From NCBI GenBank assembly GCA_963774325.1, contig CAVZEF010000002.1:108-64107 (forward strand): DNA of 64,000 bases, given 5' to 3'. The position numbers were made by a program, and so were the translations under genes. The notes under the pieces were generated by a model. That model saw only the letters and a program-made list of their open reading frames with translations, did no database searches and was not told the DNA's origin. This document shows, piece by piece, positions 49,393-59,384 of this stretch; within the stretch, counting starts at the first letter, position 1; each line of letters begins with the position of its first letter. Origin of the DNA: an uncultured Pseudomonadota bacterium (lineage in GTDB: Bacteria; Myxococcota_A; Polyangia; Fen-1088).

Positions 49393-51720
49393 GTGATCTC
49401 GGTGACTTCTGCAACGGCACCGCGCATCGCCGCGGCCGAGCGGCCGGCGCGCCCGCCGAAGAACGCGCGCTATCGGGACGCGAAGGCGCCGATCGCCGAG
49501 CGCGTCGCCGACCTGCTGGCGCGCATGACGCCCGCGGAGAAGGTCGCGCAGCTCCTGTCGGTCAACTGGGAGCACACCCATCTCGACGACGCGAAGACCC
49601 ACCAGCTGTCGCTCGAAGCGGCGAAGAAGCTGATCGGCAACGGCATCGGCGAGATCACGCGTCCGTCGGACCGCCACGCCGACGCCAAGAGCGCCACCGA
49701 GTTCGCCAACGCCATCCAGAAGTATCTGGTCGAGCAGACGCGCCTCGGCATCCCGGCGCTGATGCACGAGGAGGCGCTGCACGGCTTCGCGGTGCCGTCG
49801 GCGACCAGCTTCCCGCAGGCGATCGCGCTCGCGGCCACGTTCGATCCGGATCTGGTCGAGCAGGTGTTCACGGTCGCCGCGCGGCAGGCGCGCGCGCGCG
49901 GCGTGCAGCACGTGCTGGCGCCGGTGGTCGACGTCGCGCGCGACCCGCGCTGGGGCCGCATCGAAGAGACCTACGGCGAGGATACCTACCTGGTCAGCCG
50001 CATGGGCGTGGCCGCCGTGCGCGGCTTCCAGGGGCGGCGCGGGCCCGATGCGCCGATCGACGCCGCCCACGTCGCCGCGACCGCCAAGCACTTCAGCGGC
50101 CATGGCACGCCCGAGGGCGGGCGCAACACCGCGCCCGGCAACTACTCGATGCACGTGCTGCGCGAGGTGTTCTTCCCGCCGTTCGAGGCGGTCGTGCGCG
50201 AGGCGTCGATCGCCAGCGTCATGCCGAGCTACAACGAGGTCGACGGCATCCCCTCGCACGCCAACCGCTGGCTGCTCGGGAGCGTGCTGCGCGCCGAGTG
50301 GGGGTTTCGCGGCTTCATCGTCTCCGACTACTTCGGCGTCGCCGAGCTCGAACGCAAGCACCACGTGGTCGCCGATCTGCGCGCGGCCGGCCTCAAGGCG
50401 CTCAACAGCGGCGTCGATCTCGAGGTTCCCGAGGGCGAGGGCTACCCGACGCTGGTCGAGGACATGAAGTCCGGTCTCGTCCCCGCCGCCGAGGTCGACC
50501 AGGCGGTCGCGCGCCTGCTGCGCGCGAAGATGCAGCTCGGCCTGTTCGACCAGCCGTACACGCTGTCGCCGGTGCCCGAGGCCGAGCGCCCCGGCGATCG
50601 CGCGCTGGCGCGTCACGCCGCCGAGGAGGCGATCATCTTGCTGCGCAACGAGGGCAACCTCTTGCCCCTCGATCCGGCGCATTACAAATCGATCGCCGTG
50701 ATCGGCCCCAACGCCGACGTGGTGCGCCTCGGCGCCTACAGCGGCAAGCCGGATCGCGTGGTCAGCATCGCCGAAGGGATCAAGTCGCGCGCCGGGGGGC
50801 ACGTCATGGTGAGCACCGCGCCCGGCTGCGGCCTGACCAAGGGCAATCGCGGCTGGGCCGACGATCTGATCGAGATGGCGGACCCCGCCGACGACGCCAA
50901 GCTGATCGCCGAGGCCGACAAGCTGGCCGCGCAGGCGGATCTGACCGTGCTGGTGCTGGGGCAGAACGAGCAGCTCTCACGCGAGGGCTGGGCCGACAAC
51001 CACCGCGGCGATCGCATGGACCTGGGGCTGGTCGGCCGGCAGATGGACCTGGCGCGCGCGGTGATGGCGCACAAGAAGCCGGTGGTGCTGGTGCTGATCC
51101 ATGGCGGGCCGCTGGCGACCCCGGAGCTGGTGAAGACGGTGCCCGCGATCCTCGACGGGTTCTACCTGGGCGAGGAGACCGGCACCGCGGTCGCCGAGGT
51201 GCTGTTCGGCGACGTCAGCCCGGCGGGCCGCCTGCCGGTGAGCGTGCCGCGCCAGGTCGGCGCCATCCCCGCTTACTACAACTACAAGCCCTCGGCGCGG
51301 CGGCTCTACCTCGGCGAGGAGCCCGGGCCGCTCTGGCCGTTCGGGTTCGGGCTCTCGTACACCACCTTCAAATACGAGAAGCCGGCGGTGACGCCGGCCC
51401 GCATCACACCCGACGGCAAGGCGACCGCGTCCGTGACCGTGACCAACAGCGGCAAGGCCGCCTCCGACGAGGTCGTCCAGCTCTACATCCACGACGTGGT
51501 CAGCTCGGTGACCCGTCCGATTTCTGAGCTGAAAGGGTTCCGGCGAATCCACCTTAAGGCAGGCGAATCGAAGAAGGTCGAGTTCCCCATCGGACCCGAC
51601 CAGCTGGCGTTCTTCGATGAAGGGATGAAGCGGGTGGTCGAGCCCGGCCGCTTCGAAATCATGGTTGGCGGGAGCTCGGCGGATACGAAGAAGGTGGATC
51701 TCGACGTGGCGGCGCGCTGA
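49393..51720 (+). CDS. glycoside hydrolase family 3 (beta-glucosidase/xylosidase-like)
   Basis: Intact 775-aa ORF. GH3 motifs are KHFSGHG and GFIVSDY (nucleophile Asp), plus a C-terminal FnIII-like domain. The start is uncertain. A (GGC/GGT)n tract at 49360-49390 and an upstream ATG at 49317 in another frame could hide a signal peptide behind indels. Confidence 0.85.
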   Translation: MISVTSATAPRIAAAERPARPPKNARYRDAKAPIAERVADLLARMTPAEKVAQLLSVNWEHTHLDDAKTHQLSLEAAKKLIGNGIGEITRPSDRHADAKSATEFANAIQKYLVEQTRLGIPALMHEEALHGFAVPSATSFPQAIALAATFDPDLVEQVFTVAARQARARGVQHVLAPVVDVARDPRWGRIEETYGEDTYLVSRMGVAAVRGFQGRRGPDAPIDAAHVAATAKHFSGHGTPEGGRNTAPGNYSMHVLREVFFPPFEAVVREASIASVMPSYNEVDGIPSHANRWLLGSVLRAEWGFRGFIVSDYFGVAELERKHHVVADLRAAGLKALNSGVDLEVPEGEGYPTLVEDMKSGLVPAAEVDQAVARLLRAKMQLGLFDQPYTLSPVPEAERPGDRALARHAAEEAIILLRNEGNLLPLDPAHYKSIAVIGPNADVVRLGAYSGKPDRVVSIAEGIKSRAGGHVMVSTAPGCGLTKGNRGWADDLIEMADPADDAKLIAEADKLAAQADLTVLVLGQNEQLSREGWADNHRGDRMDLGLVGRQMDLARAVMAHKKPVVLVLIHGGPLATPELVKTVPAILDGFYLGEETGTAVAEVLFGDVSPAGRLPVSVPRQVGAIPAYYNYKPSARRLYLGEEPGPLWPFGFGLSYTTFKYEKPAVTPARITPDGKATASVTVTNSGKAASDEVVQLYIHDVVSSVTRPISELKGFRRIHLKAGESKKVEFPIGPDQLAFFDEGMKRVVEPGRFEIMVGGSSADTKKVDLDVAAR

Positions 51721-51803
51721 CGGCCACGTGAAACCAAGACAAAAACCACTGTCTGAACACAACGAACGATAGAAGACGACCGGTCCGGTCCAGGAGAAAC
51801 CTC

Positions 51804-52826
51804 GTGAAGAACAAGACACTCGCTCTCGCGCACAAGAGCCTGCTCACCTGCCTGCTCGCCGGCATGGTCATGGCCGGCGCCGGTTGCACCAAGAAGAAGC
51901 CCGAGGGCGAGGGCGGCGGCGCCGCGCCCGCCGCGGCCAAGATGGTCAAGCTGGCGTTCGTCACCAACAACACCAGCGAGTTCTGGAAGATCGCCGCGGC
52001 CGGCGTGCACAAGTACGAGAAGGAGGGCAAGGTCCAGGTCGACATCAAGCTGCCGCCCAACGGCACGACCGAGGATCAGAACCAGATCCTCCAGAACCTG
52101 TCGAGCCAGGGCTACGACGCGATCGCCGTGAGCGTGATCGCGCCCAACGACCAGACCGGCGTGCTCAACAAGATCGCCGAGAAGAGCGCGCTGCTGACGT
52201 TCGACTCGGATGCCGCGAAGTCGAACCGCCTGCTCTACATCGGCACCAACAACTACGAGGCCGGCAAGACGCTGGGCGCGGAGATGGTCAAGCTGCTGCC
52301 GCATGGCGGAAAGATCGCGGTCTTCGTCGGGACATTCTCGGCGGACAACGCCGCGCAGCGCCTGAAGGGCATCGAGGACGCGATCGCCGGCTCCGGCATC
52401 ACCATCATCGACAAGCGCGAGGACAACACCGACCGCGCCAAGGCGCGCTCCAACGTCGAGGACATCGTCAACGCCAACCACGATCTCGCGATGGTCGTCG
52501 GCCTCTACAACTACAACGGCACGGCGATCGCGGCGGCGCTGGATGGCCTGGGCAAGAAGGGCAAGGTGCTGGCGGCGGTGTTCGACGAGGACGACGGTAC
52601 GCTGGACGGCATCGCCGCCGGATCGATCCAGGTGACGGTGGTCCAGAAGCCGTTCCAGTTCGGCTACCTGGCGTCGAAGTGGATGCACGAGCTGGCGACC
52701 GACCCGGCCAAGGCCAAGGCAGCGCTGCCCGCCGACCACATCATCGACACCGGCGTCGACGTCATCAACAAGGCCAACGTCGCACCGTTCCGCGCGCAAC
52801 TTGCCGAGATGAAGAAGGGCGCCTAG
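51804..52826 (+). CDS. sugar ABC transporter substrate-binding lipoprotein (ribose/galactose-type PBP)
   Basis: Intact 340-aa ORF with a GTG start and an AGGAG 7 nt upstream. The lipobox is MAGAGC. It has a type I periplasmic binding protein pattern and an operon context with the ATPase and permease. Confidence 0.8.
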   Translation: MKNKTLALAHKSLLTCLLAGMVMAGAGCTKKKPEGEGGGAAPAAAKMVKLAFVTNNTSEFWKIAAAGVHKYEKEGKVQVDIKLPPNGTTEDQNQILQNLSSQGYDAIAVSVIAPNDQTGVLNKIAEKSALLTFDSDAAKSNRLLYIGTNNYEAGKTLGAEMVKLLPHGGKIAVFVGTFSADNAAQRLKGIEDAIAGSGITIIDKREDNTDRAKARSNVEDIVNANHDLAMVVGLYNYNGTAIAAALDGLGKKGKVLAAVFDEDDGTLDGIAAGSIQVTVVQKPFQFGYLASKWMHELATDPAKAKAALPADHIIDTGVDVINKANVAPFRAQLAEMKKGA

Positions 52827-52889
52827 CGCCCGCGTTCCGCGGATCGTTCGCAGGGTTTGCTAGAAGAAGTCGTCGAGACACGGTAGTTC

Positions 52890-54479
52890 ATGGCTGAAGG
52901 CTCGAATCGTCCCCCGCTCCTGCAGATGCGGGGGATCACCAAGCGGTTCCCCGGCGTGACCGCCCTCGACGGCGTGTCGCTGCACCTCGACCCCGGCGAG
53001 GTGCTGGCGCTGATGGGCGAGAACGGCGCCGGCAAGAGCACGCTGATGAAGATCCTCGGCGGCGCGCAGCAGCCCGACGCGGGGGAGATCCTCATCGACG
53101 GGAAGCAGACGGTGCTGGCCGGCGTCGGCGAGGCCAAGCGCCTGGGCATCGCGCTCATCCACCAGGAGCTGATGCTGGCGCCGAACCTGGACATCGCCGC
53201 CAACATCTTCCTGGGGAACGAGCGCGCCGCCAGCTTGCTGCAACCGCTGAACCGCCGCGAGCTGAACCGGCGCGCCGAGGCGCTGCTGGCGCGCACCGGG
53301 CTCACGCTGGCGCCGACCACGCCGGTCTCGACGCTGACCGCGGGCACCATGCAGATGGTCGAGGTCGCGAAGGCGCTGTCGCTGGACGCGCGCATCATCA
53401 TCATGGATGAGCCGACGTCGTCGCTGACGGCGGGCGAGTCGGCGCACCTGTTCGCGATCATCCGGCAGCTCAAGGCCGAGGGGATCGGCATCGTCTATAT
53501 CTCTCACCGCATGGAGGAGGTGCTGACGCTCGCCGACCGCATCACCGTGCTGCGCGACGGGCGCTACGTCGGCGACGTCGCGCGCGCGGCGGCGACCACC
53601 GACAGGATCGTCGCGATGATGGTGGGGCGCGAGCTCAAGGGGCAGTACTTCCCGCCCAAGGGCCCCACCGGCGTCGACGTCCCCGCTCCGTCGGCGTCGG
53701 CGCCCGCGACCGAGACCGCCGCCGATCCGGTCCTCAAGGTCGAGGACCTGCGCGTGCCCGGCACGCGCGCCGGCGTCAGCTTCACCGCGGCGCGCGGCGA
53801 GATCCTCGGCTTCGCCGGCCTGGTCGGTTCGGGGCGCACCGAGCTGATGGAGACGATCTTCGGCGTGACGCCCGCCGAGAGCGGGAAGATGATCCTCGAC
53901 GGAAAGCCGTACCTGCCGCGCGCGCCGCGCGACGCGATCCAGCGCGGCGTCTACCTGGCGCCCGAGGACCGCAAGCGCCACGGCCTGGTGCTGCCGATGT
54001 CGGTCGCCGAGAACACCTCGCTTCCCAACGTCGGCAGCTACAACCGCTGGGGCTGGCTCGATCGCGCGACCGAGAAGCGCGTCGCCGAGACCGAGGTCGC
54101 GCGGCTGCGCACCAAGACGCCGAGCATCCGCCAGAAGGTCGTCAACCTGTCGGGCGGCAACCAGCAGAAGGTCGTGCTGGCGAAGTGGCTGGCCATGAGC
54201 CCCAAGGTGCTGATCCTCGACGAGCCGACGCGCGGGATCGACGTCGGCGCCAAGGCCGAGATCTACCGCCACATGGCGGCGCTGGCCGAGCACGGGATCG
54301 CGATCATCATGGTGAGCTCGGACATGGAAGAAATCATCGGCATGAGCGACCGGGTCGTGGTCATGCACGAACGCCGCATCCGGGGCGTGCTCGCGCGACG
54401 CGAGCTCACGCAGGAGCGCATCGCGCGCCTCATGACCGGACACGTCGACGAACGAGGAAAAGGGGACGCCGCCGCATGA
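52890..54479 (+). CDS. sugar ABC transporter ATP-binding protein (duplicated ABC cassette)
   Basis: Intact 529-aa ORF. It has two Walker A sites (GENGAGKST, GLVGSGRTE), the LSGGNQQKV signature and Walker B sites IIIMDEPT and VLILDEPT. Confidence 0.9.
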   Translation: MAEGSNRPPLLQMRGITKRFPGVTALDGVSLHLDPGEVLALMGENGAGKSTLMKILGGAQQPDAGEILIDGKQTVLAGVGEAKRLGIALIHQELMLAPNLDIAANIFLGNERAASLLQPLNRRELNRRAEALLARTGLTLAPTTPVSTLTAGTMQMVEVAKALSLDARIIIMDEPTSSLTAGESAHLFAIIRQLKAEGIGIVYISHRMEEVLTLADRITVLRDGRYVGDVARAAATTDRIVAMMVGRELKGQYFPPKGPTGVDVPAPSASAPATETAADPVLKVEDLRVPGTRAGVSFTAARGEILGFAGLVGSGRTELMETIFGVTPAESGKMILDGKPYLPRAPRDAIQRGVYLAPEDRKRHGLVLPMSVAENTSLPNVGSYNRWGWLDRATEKRVAETEVARLRTKTPSIRQKVVNLSGGNQQKVVLAKWLAMSPKVLILDEPTRGIDVGAKAEIYRHMAALAEHGIAIIMVSSDMEEIIGMSDRVVVMHERRIRGVLARRELTQERIARLMTGHVDERGKGDAAA

Positions 54480-55582
54480 GACGCGAGCTCAGTATGTTCG
54501 GAGCGCTGGTGCTGATGTGCATCGCGCTGACCATCTCCAACCCCGACTTCGCGGGACACTCGAACGCGATCAACACCATCCGGCAGATCTCGATGCTGGG
54601 CATCTACGCCATCGGCAGCGGCTTCGTCATCGTCACCGGCGGCATCGACCTGTCGGTCGGCTCGATGGTCGGCCTGACCGGCGTGATCATCGCGAAGGTC
54701 TCATCGCAGGCGCAGGGCGGCATGGGCCTCTCGCTGGGGCTGGGCATCGTCGTCGCGCTCGGCGTGGTGCTGCTGATCGGCCTCGGCCAGGGCCTGCTGA
54801 TCACCCGCCTCAAGCTGCAGCCGTTCATCGTGACGCTGGGCGGAATGCTGCTGATCCGCGGCGTCTCGCAGACGATCGTGCAGGGCGGCACGCTGAGCAT
54901 GGGCTCGTCGCCGTTGCTCAAGCTCGCCAACGAGGGGTTGTTCAACGTCGGCGGCGATCCGCTGCTGCCCTACCCGGCGCTGATCTTCATGGGCGTGATC
55001 GCGCTCGCCACCTACCTGTTGCACTTCACCGTGTTCGGCCGCTACGTCTACGCCATCGGCGGCAACCGCGACGCCGCCCAGTACTCGGGCATCAACGTGA
55101 ACAAGGTCGAGACGTCGACCTACGTGATCTCGGCGGGCCTCGCCGGCGTCGCCGGTATCTGCTACGCGGCCTACATCGGCCAGATGTCGCAGCAGGTCGG
55201 CGTCGCCTACGAGCTCTACGCCATCGCCGCCGTCGTGCTGGGCGGCTGCTCGCTGCGCGGCGGCGAGGGCACCGTGCTGGGCATCGTGATCGGTTCGGCG
55301 ATGATGCGGGTCATCGACAACGGCATCAACATGTTCCAGGTCCGCTACCAGGACACCGACGGCATCGCGCGCCTGTGGCGCCTGAACCCGAACTGGACCT
55401 TCATCATCGTCGGCGCGGTCATCCTGATCGCGGTGATCCTCGACCAGGTCGTGCACATCGTGCAGTCGGCGCGGCGCGTGCGGCACGGCGCGGGGCAGAC
55501 GCCGCTGGCCAGCGGTGGCTCGCCGCCATCCCAGGCGCCACACGAGCACGCGGCGGCGCCGGAAACCGCGCGCTCCCCCTGA
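54476..55582 (+). CDS. sugar ABC transporter permease (RbsC/AraH-like)
   Basis: ATG 54476 overlaps the ATPase stop (ATGA). The 368-aa protein has multiple TM helices and the RYVYAIGGN motif typical of this permease family. Confidence 0.85.
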   Translation: MRRELSMFGALVLMCIALTISNPDFAGHSNAINTIRQISMLGIYAIGSGFVIVTGGIDLSVGSMVGLTGVIIAKVSSQAQGGMGLSLGLGIVVALGVVLLIGLGQGLLITRLKLQPFIVTLGGMLLIRGVSQTIVQGGTLSMGSSPLLKLANEGLFNVGGDPLLPYPALIFMGVIALATYLLHFTVFGRYVYAIGGNRDAAQYSGINVNKVETSTYVISAGLAGVAGICYAAYIGQMSQQVGVAYELYAIAAVVLGGCSLRGGEGTVLGIVIGSAMMRVIDNGINMFQVRYQDTDGIARLWRLNPNWTFIIVGAVILIAVILDQVVHIVQSARRVRHGAGQTPLASGGSPPSQAPHEHAAAPETARSP

Positions 55583-55603
55583 GCGCGCGGCCTCCGGACG
55601 CCG

Positions 55604-56161
55604 TCACAGATTGTGCGCCATGCCGTCGAGCAAGGTGCCGAGCTGGTCGAGCTGGCCGGAGTCGACATAGTGCGCGTAGAGCTTTTCACACGCGTAGAAG
55701 TCATCGCCGTACAGGGCCGAGCCGGACGTCCCGACGATTTCGAGCGTGACGGTTGGCTTGTCGGCTCCGCAGGTCATTCGATCAGAGACGGTCACCTCGC
55801 GGGTCGCGGCCGTGGCTTGCGCGCGTTCATCGGGCGCCAGCACGCGCGAGCCGGTCTCGGTGTTGTAGGCGTCGGGGTTGGAGTAGTCGTTGCCGGTGAT
55901 TCTGCAGACATTCCACCCCAGCGTTCCAGCGCCGAGATCGAAGTCGTAGCTCGCTTTTACAGAGCATGAGGCGCCCGCGGGGATCGGAATGGCGAAGCCA
56001 CCCCCTAGATTGTTCCAGACGACGTGCTGCGCGCCTGCGACGAGGACGCTCTCCCCGGGGTTGGTGCCGCTGCCCTGGCTGCTGCAGGCGCCCAGACCGG
56101 CGCTAGCGAGCGATGCGAGCGCGAGTGACAATCGTGCGGTGCGAGCGGGATGGCGATGCAT
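55604..56161 (-). CDS. hypothetical lipoprotein (paralog 1, YGDDFYAC motif)
   Basis: ATG 56161 is in the frame of ORF 55604..57991. The lipobox is SAGLGAC. The 185-aa protein shares its layout with the next gene (...TLGWNVCRITGNDYSNPDAY..., YGDDFYAC, ...LGTLLDGMAHN). Confidence 0.55.
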   Translation of the reverse strand: MHRHPARTARLSLALASLASAGLGACSSQGSGTNPGESVLVAGAQHVVWNNLGGGFAIPIPAGASCSVKASYDFDLGAGTLGWNVCRITGNDYSNPDAYNTETGSRVLAPDERAQATAATREVTVSDRMTCGADKPTVTLEIVGTSGSALYGDDFYACEKLYAHYVDSGQLDQLGTLLDGMAHNL

Positions 56162-56178
56162 GGTGGCTCCTCCAGGGA

Positions 56179-56724
56179 TCAGGGTGAATGGGCCATGCCG
56201 CGAAGCACGTCGCCCAGGTTGGCGAGCTGCTCGAAGACCACGTAGCGCTGGTACTGCATCTGGCAGGCGTAGAAGTCGTCGCCGTAGGTGACCGAACCCG
56301 CGGTGTCGTCGACCTCCAGGCTGCGTCCTTCGAGATCGGCGCCGCGGCAGAGCGTGCCGGACGAGACCTTGACCGCGGAGGCTGCCGCGGTCGCCTGGCT
56401 CTTCTCGTCGTTGGTCAGCGTGCGCGAGCCGATCACCGGGACGTAGGCGCCGGGATCGGAGAAGTCCGTGCCACTGAAAGTGCAGAAACTCCAGGCGAGC
56501 GTCCCCGCGTGCACATCCAGATCGTAGGTCGCATCGAAGTGGCAGGGGACATTGGCAGGGAGCTCGATTTGACCGGTGCCGTCGCTCTTCCAGATGACAT
56601 GGCTCGTCTCCGCGGACACGACGCTGTCGCTCTCTTGCGTGCTGCAGGCGCCAAGGCCGGCGGCGCTGCCGATCGACACGAGCGTGAAAAGCAACGATGA
56701 GGTCCGGGCTGGAGTGCGGGGCAT
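56179..56724 (-). CDS. hypothetical lipoprotein (paralog 2, YGDDFYAC motif)
   Basis: ATG 56724 is in the frame of ORF 56179..57264. The lipobox is AAGLGAC. The 181-aa protein has ...TLAWSFCTFSGTDFSDPGAY..., YGDDFYAC and ...LGDVLRGMAHS. Confidence 0.55.
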   Translation of the reverse strand: MPRTPARTSSLLFTLVSIGSAAGLGACSTQESDSVVSAETSHVIWKSDGTGQIELPANVPCHFDATYDLDVHAGTLAWSFCTFSGTDFSDPGAYVPVIGSRTLTNDEKSQATAAASAVKVSSGTLCRGADLEGRSLEVDDTAGSVTYGDDFYACQMQYQRYVVFEQLANLGDVLRGMAHSP

Positions 56725-56932
56725 GATTGGCTCCTTGCCGTCGGGCAGAACGCGATCGCTCAACTGCAATCCCGGCGCCATCAATCCGAATCCAGCGGTG
56801 GGGCCACGAATCCAGCCATTTGCCCGCATCGGGCATGCCCGGACCTGGGTGGATTGATCTGCCAAACCTCGGAAATCTGAGAGGGCCCGACGCCGGTGTT
56901 CCGGTGCGGTCGAAACCGGATAATCTGCGCGC

Positions 56933-59314
56933 ATGCGGACGTCCCCCTCCCCTATCCTGCGTTCCTCGAGCTCTGCCGCGCGTTGCGCCGCCGCGTGCCT
57001 GGCGGCCGGCATCGGCGCCACGTTGACCCTGGCCGGCGCCGCCTGCATCAAGCGCACGGCGCCACCGTCGTCGGGCGGGACGGCGGCAGCACCGGGCTCG
57101 GCGCCGGTGAAGACCTCGGCGGCGCAAGAAGCCGCCAACGCGCGAATCGCGGGCGTCCCGCGCGCCGATCTGCTCGGCGGCCAGGGCGTGGGCGCGTTCA
57201 AGGTCAGCGGCGACGCGCGCAAGGTCGACTTGACGACGATTCCGGTCACGGGGCAGCCGTTCAACGAGGCCGTGCAGCTGGCCGTGAAGGACGCATCGGA
57301 TCACGAGTGGGCGGTGCAGCTCGAGGCGATGAACGCGGCCGACGTCGACAGCGGCGACGCGATCCTGGCGACGTTCTACCTGCGCAGCGAGAAACCCCAG
57401 CCAGCATCGGTCGGCGAGACCGAGCTGGTCTTCGAGCTGGCGCAGTCGCCGTACTCCAAGTCGATCCAGTATCCCATCAAGGCGGGCAGCGACTGGATCA
57501 AGGCGCAGGTGCGCTTCAAGGCGGCGCGCGCGTATCGCGCCGGCGAGGCGCATATCCTGTTCCGCCTCGGCTACGAGCCCCAGGTCTTGCAGCTGGCGGG
57601 CGTCAGCATCGAGAGCTTCGGCAAGCAGGTGCCGGTGAGCGCGCTGCCGACGACGCAGGCGACCGACCGGCGGCGCGAGCACACGCTGGTCGCCGCGGCG
57701 ACGGCGACCGCGACCGCGGCGCTGAGCGGCCCGCCCATCGAGGGCGGCGATCTGCGGCTCGAGGTCAACGCCGCGCAGGTGATCCGTCCCATCAGCCCCT
57801 ACGTCTACGGCATCAACTCGCAGCCGGGCGAAGGCACCGGCGTCACCGTGCGCCGCATGGGCGGCAATCGCGGCACCGCGTACAACTGGGAGCTCGACGT
57901 CTCCAACGCCGGCAACGACTACAAGCACAGCAGCGACAACTGGTCGTGCACGGTCATGGGCTACCAGACGTGCGGCCAGCCCGCGGCGCAATATCTAGAG
58001 TTCGCGGCCTCCAACCGCCGCGCCGGCTGGGAGTCGGTGGCGACGGTGCCGCTGGTCGACTTCGTGACCGCAGACAAGGACGGCCCGGTTGCGGAGACCG
58101 AGAAGGCGCCGAGCAAGCGCTGGGTGCGCTCTCTGCCGCAGAAACCCAGCCCGTACGCCTCCGCGCCCGATCTCCGCGACGGCGTCGTCTACGAGGACGA
58201 GTTCGTCAACTACCTGGTCCAGAAGATGGGCGCGGCAGCAAAAGGCGGCATCAAGTTCTACGCGCTCGACAACGAACCCGCGCTGTGGCCGTCGACGCAC
58301 CCGCGCGTGCATCCCGAGAAGACCACCTACGCGGAGATGGTGACCCGAACAACCGCAACCGCCGCCGCCATCACCAAGATCGATCCCTCGGCGCAGGTCA
58401 TCGGCGGCACGATGTTCGGCTGGTCCGAGTACATGACGCTGCAGGACGCGCCCGACGCCAAGGCGGAGAACGCCAAGCTGGCGGGGGGCGCCGGCACCTA
58501 CGTCGATTTCCTGCTGGCGGGGATGAAGCGCGCCGAGGAGCAGAACCACCGCCGGCTGCTGCATCTGCTGGATGTCCACTGGTATCCCGAGGCGCGCGGC
58601 TCCGTCCGCATCACCGACAAGGACGTGTCGCCCAAGACCATCGACGCGCGCCTGCAGGCGCCACGCAGCCTGTGGGATCCGACGTATCTCGAAAAGAGCT
58701 GGATCGCGGCGACCTGGGGCAAGCCGATCCGCCTTTTGCGCTGGTTGAAGGAGCGGATCGACGCCAACTATCCCGGCACCGAGCTGGCCATGACCGAATA
58801 CAACTACGGCGTCGGCGACCACATCTCCGGCGGGCTCGCGCAGGCCGACGTGCTGGGCGTGCTCGGCCGCGAGGGCGTCTACCTGGCGACGTACTGGGGC
58901 GACGGCGCCGGCAACCAGCCGTTGCCGAAATACATCAAGACGGCGTTCCAGATCTTTCGCAACTACGACGGCAAGGGCGGCGCTTACGCCGACACCGCGG
59001 TGCAGGCCATGCCGTCGGCGGCCGGCGATCTCGACAAGATGTCGGTCTTCGCCGCGATCGATTCGAAGCGCCCCGGAACGCTGACCGTGCTGGTCATCAA
59101 CAAGGAGCAGCACACCGCGTTCAACGGCAGGATCGAGATCACGCCCGAAGGCAAGGCAAGCCCGACGTCCGGGCCGTATACCAGGGCCGAGGTCTTCGGC
59201 TTCGACGCGAGCGCCGCCGCGGTGCGGCCCTTGCCGCCCGCCGAGATCGCCAACAACCAGATCAGCTACCGCCTGTCGCCGCTGTCGGCTACCCTCTTCG
59301 TCTGCCACCGCTAG
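56933..59314 (+). CDS. glycoside hydrolase family 44 (endoglucanase/xyloglucanase-like) lipoprotein with an N-terminal CBM-like domain
   Basis: Intact 793-aa ORF with lipobox LAGAAC. GH44-like motifs are RRMGGNRGTAYNW, YALDNEPALW, LDVHWYPE and AMTEYNYG. Confidence 0.75.
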   Translation: MRTSPSPILRSSSSAARCAAACLAAGIGATLTLAGAACIKRTAPPSSGGTAAAPGSAPVKTSAAQEAANARIAGVPRADLLGGQGVGAFKVSGDARKVDLTTIPVTGQPFNEAVQLAVKDASDHEWAVQLEAMNAADVDSGDAILATFYLRSEKPQPASVGETELVFELAQSPYSKSIQYPIKAGSDWIKAQVRFKAARAYRAGEAHILFRLGYEPQVLQLAGVSIESFGKQVPVSALPTTQATDRRREHTLVAAATATATAALSGPPIEGGDLRLEVNAAQVIRPISPYVYGINSQPGEGTGVTVRRMGGNRGTAYNWELDVSNAGNDYKHSSDNWSCTVMGYQTCGQPAAQYLEFAASNRRAGWESVATVPLVDFVTADKDGPVAETEKAPSKRWVRSLPQKPSPYASAPDLRDGVVYEDEFVNYLVQKMGAAAKGGIKFYALDNEPALWPSTHPRVHPEKTTYAEMVTRTTATAAAITKIDPSAQVIGGTMFGWSEYMTLQDAPDAKAENAKLAGGAGTYVDFLLAGMKRAEEQNHRRLLHLLDVHWYPEARGSVRITDKDVSPKTIDARLQAPRSLWDPTYLEKSWIAATWGKPIRLLRWLKERIDANYPGTELAMTEYNYGVGDHISGGLAQADVLGVLGREGVYLATYWGDGAGNQPLPKYIKTAFQIFRNYDGKGGAYADTAVQAMPSAAGDLDKMSVFAAIDSKRPGTLTVLVINKEQHTAFNGRIEITPEGKASPTSGPYTRAEVFGFDASAAAVRPLPPAEIANNQISYRLSPLSATLFVCHR

Positions 59315-59338
59315 GTGCCCTGATGGACGCCGGGCACC
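59314..59338 (+). terminator. stem-loop immediately after the GH44 stop (possible terminator)
   Basis: ggtgccc (59314-59320) pairs with gggcacc (59332-59338), with an 11-nt loop. A relatively T-rich stretch follows (cttgattctcatattg). Confidence 0.35.
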
Positions 59339-59384
59339 CGCGGCGCTTGATTCTCATATTGTCTATTGGTCGGAGTCAGCAGTC

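Noticed and set aside
55604-57991. A 795-aa ORF on the - strand, the longest in this part of the window.
   Set aside because: Only its last 185 codons (from ATG 56161) look like a real lipoprotein. The rest is Arg/Ala/Gly/Pro-rich and lies antisense to, or out of frame with, the well-supported GH44 gene and paralog 2. This is a typical high-GC open-frame artefact.
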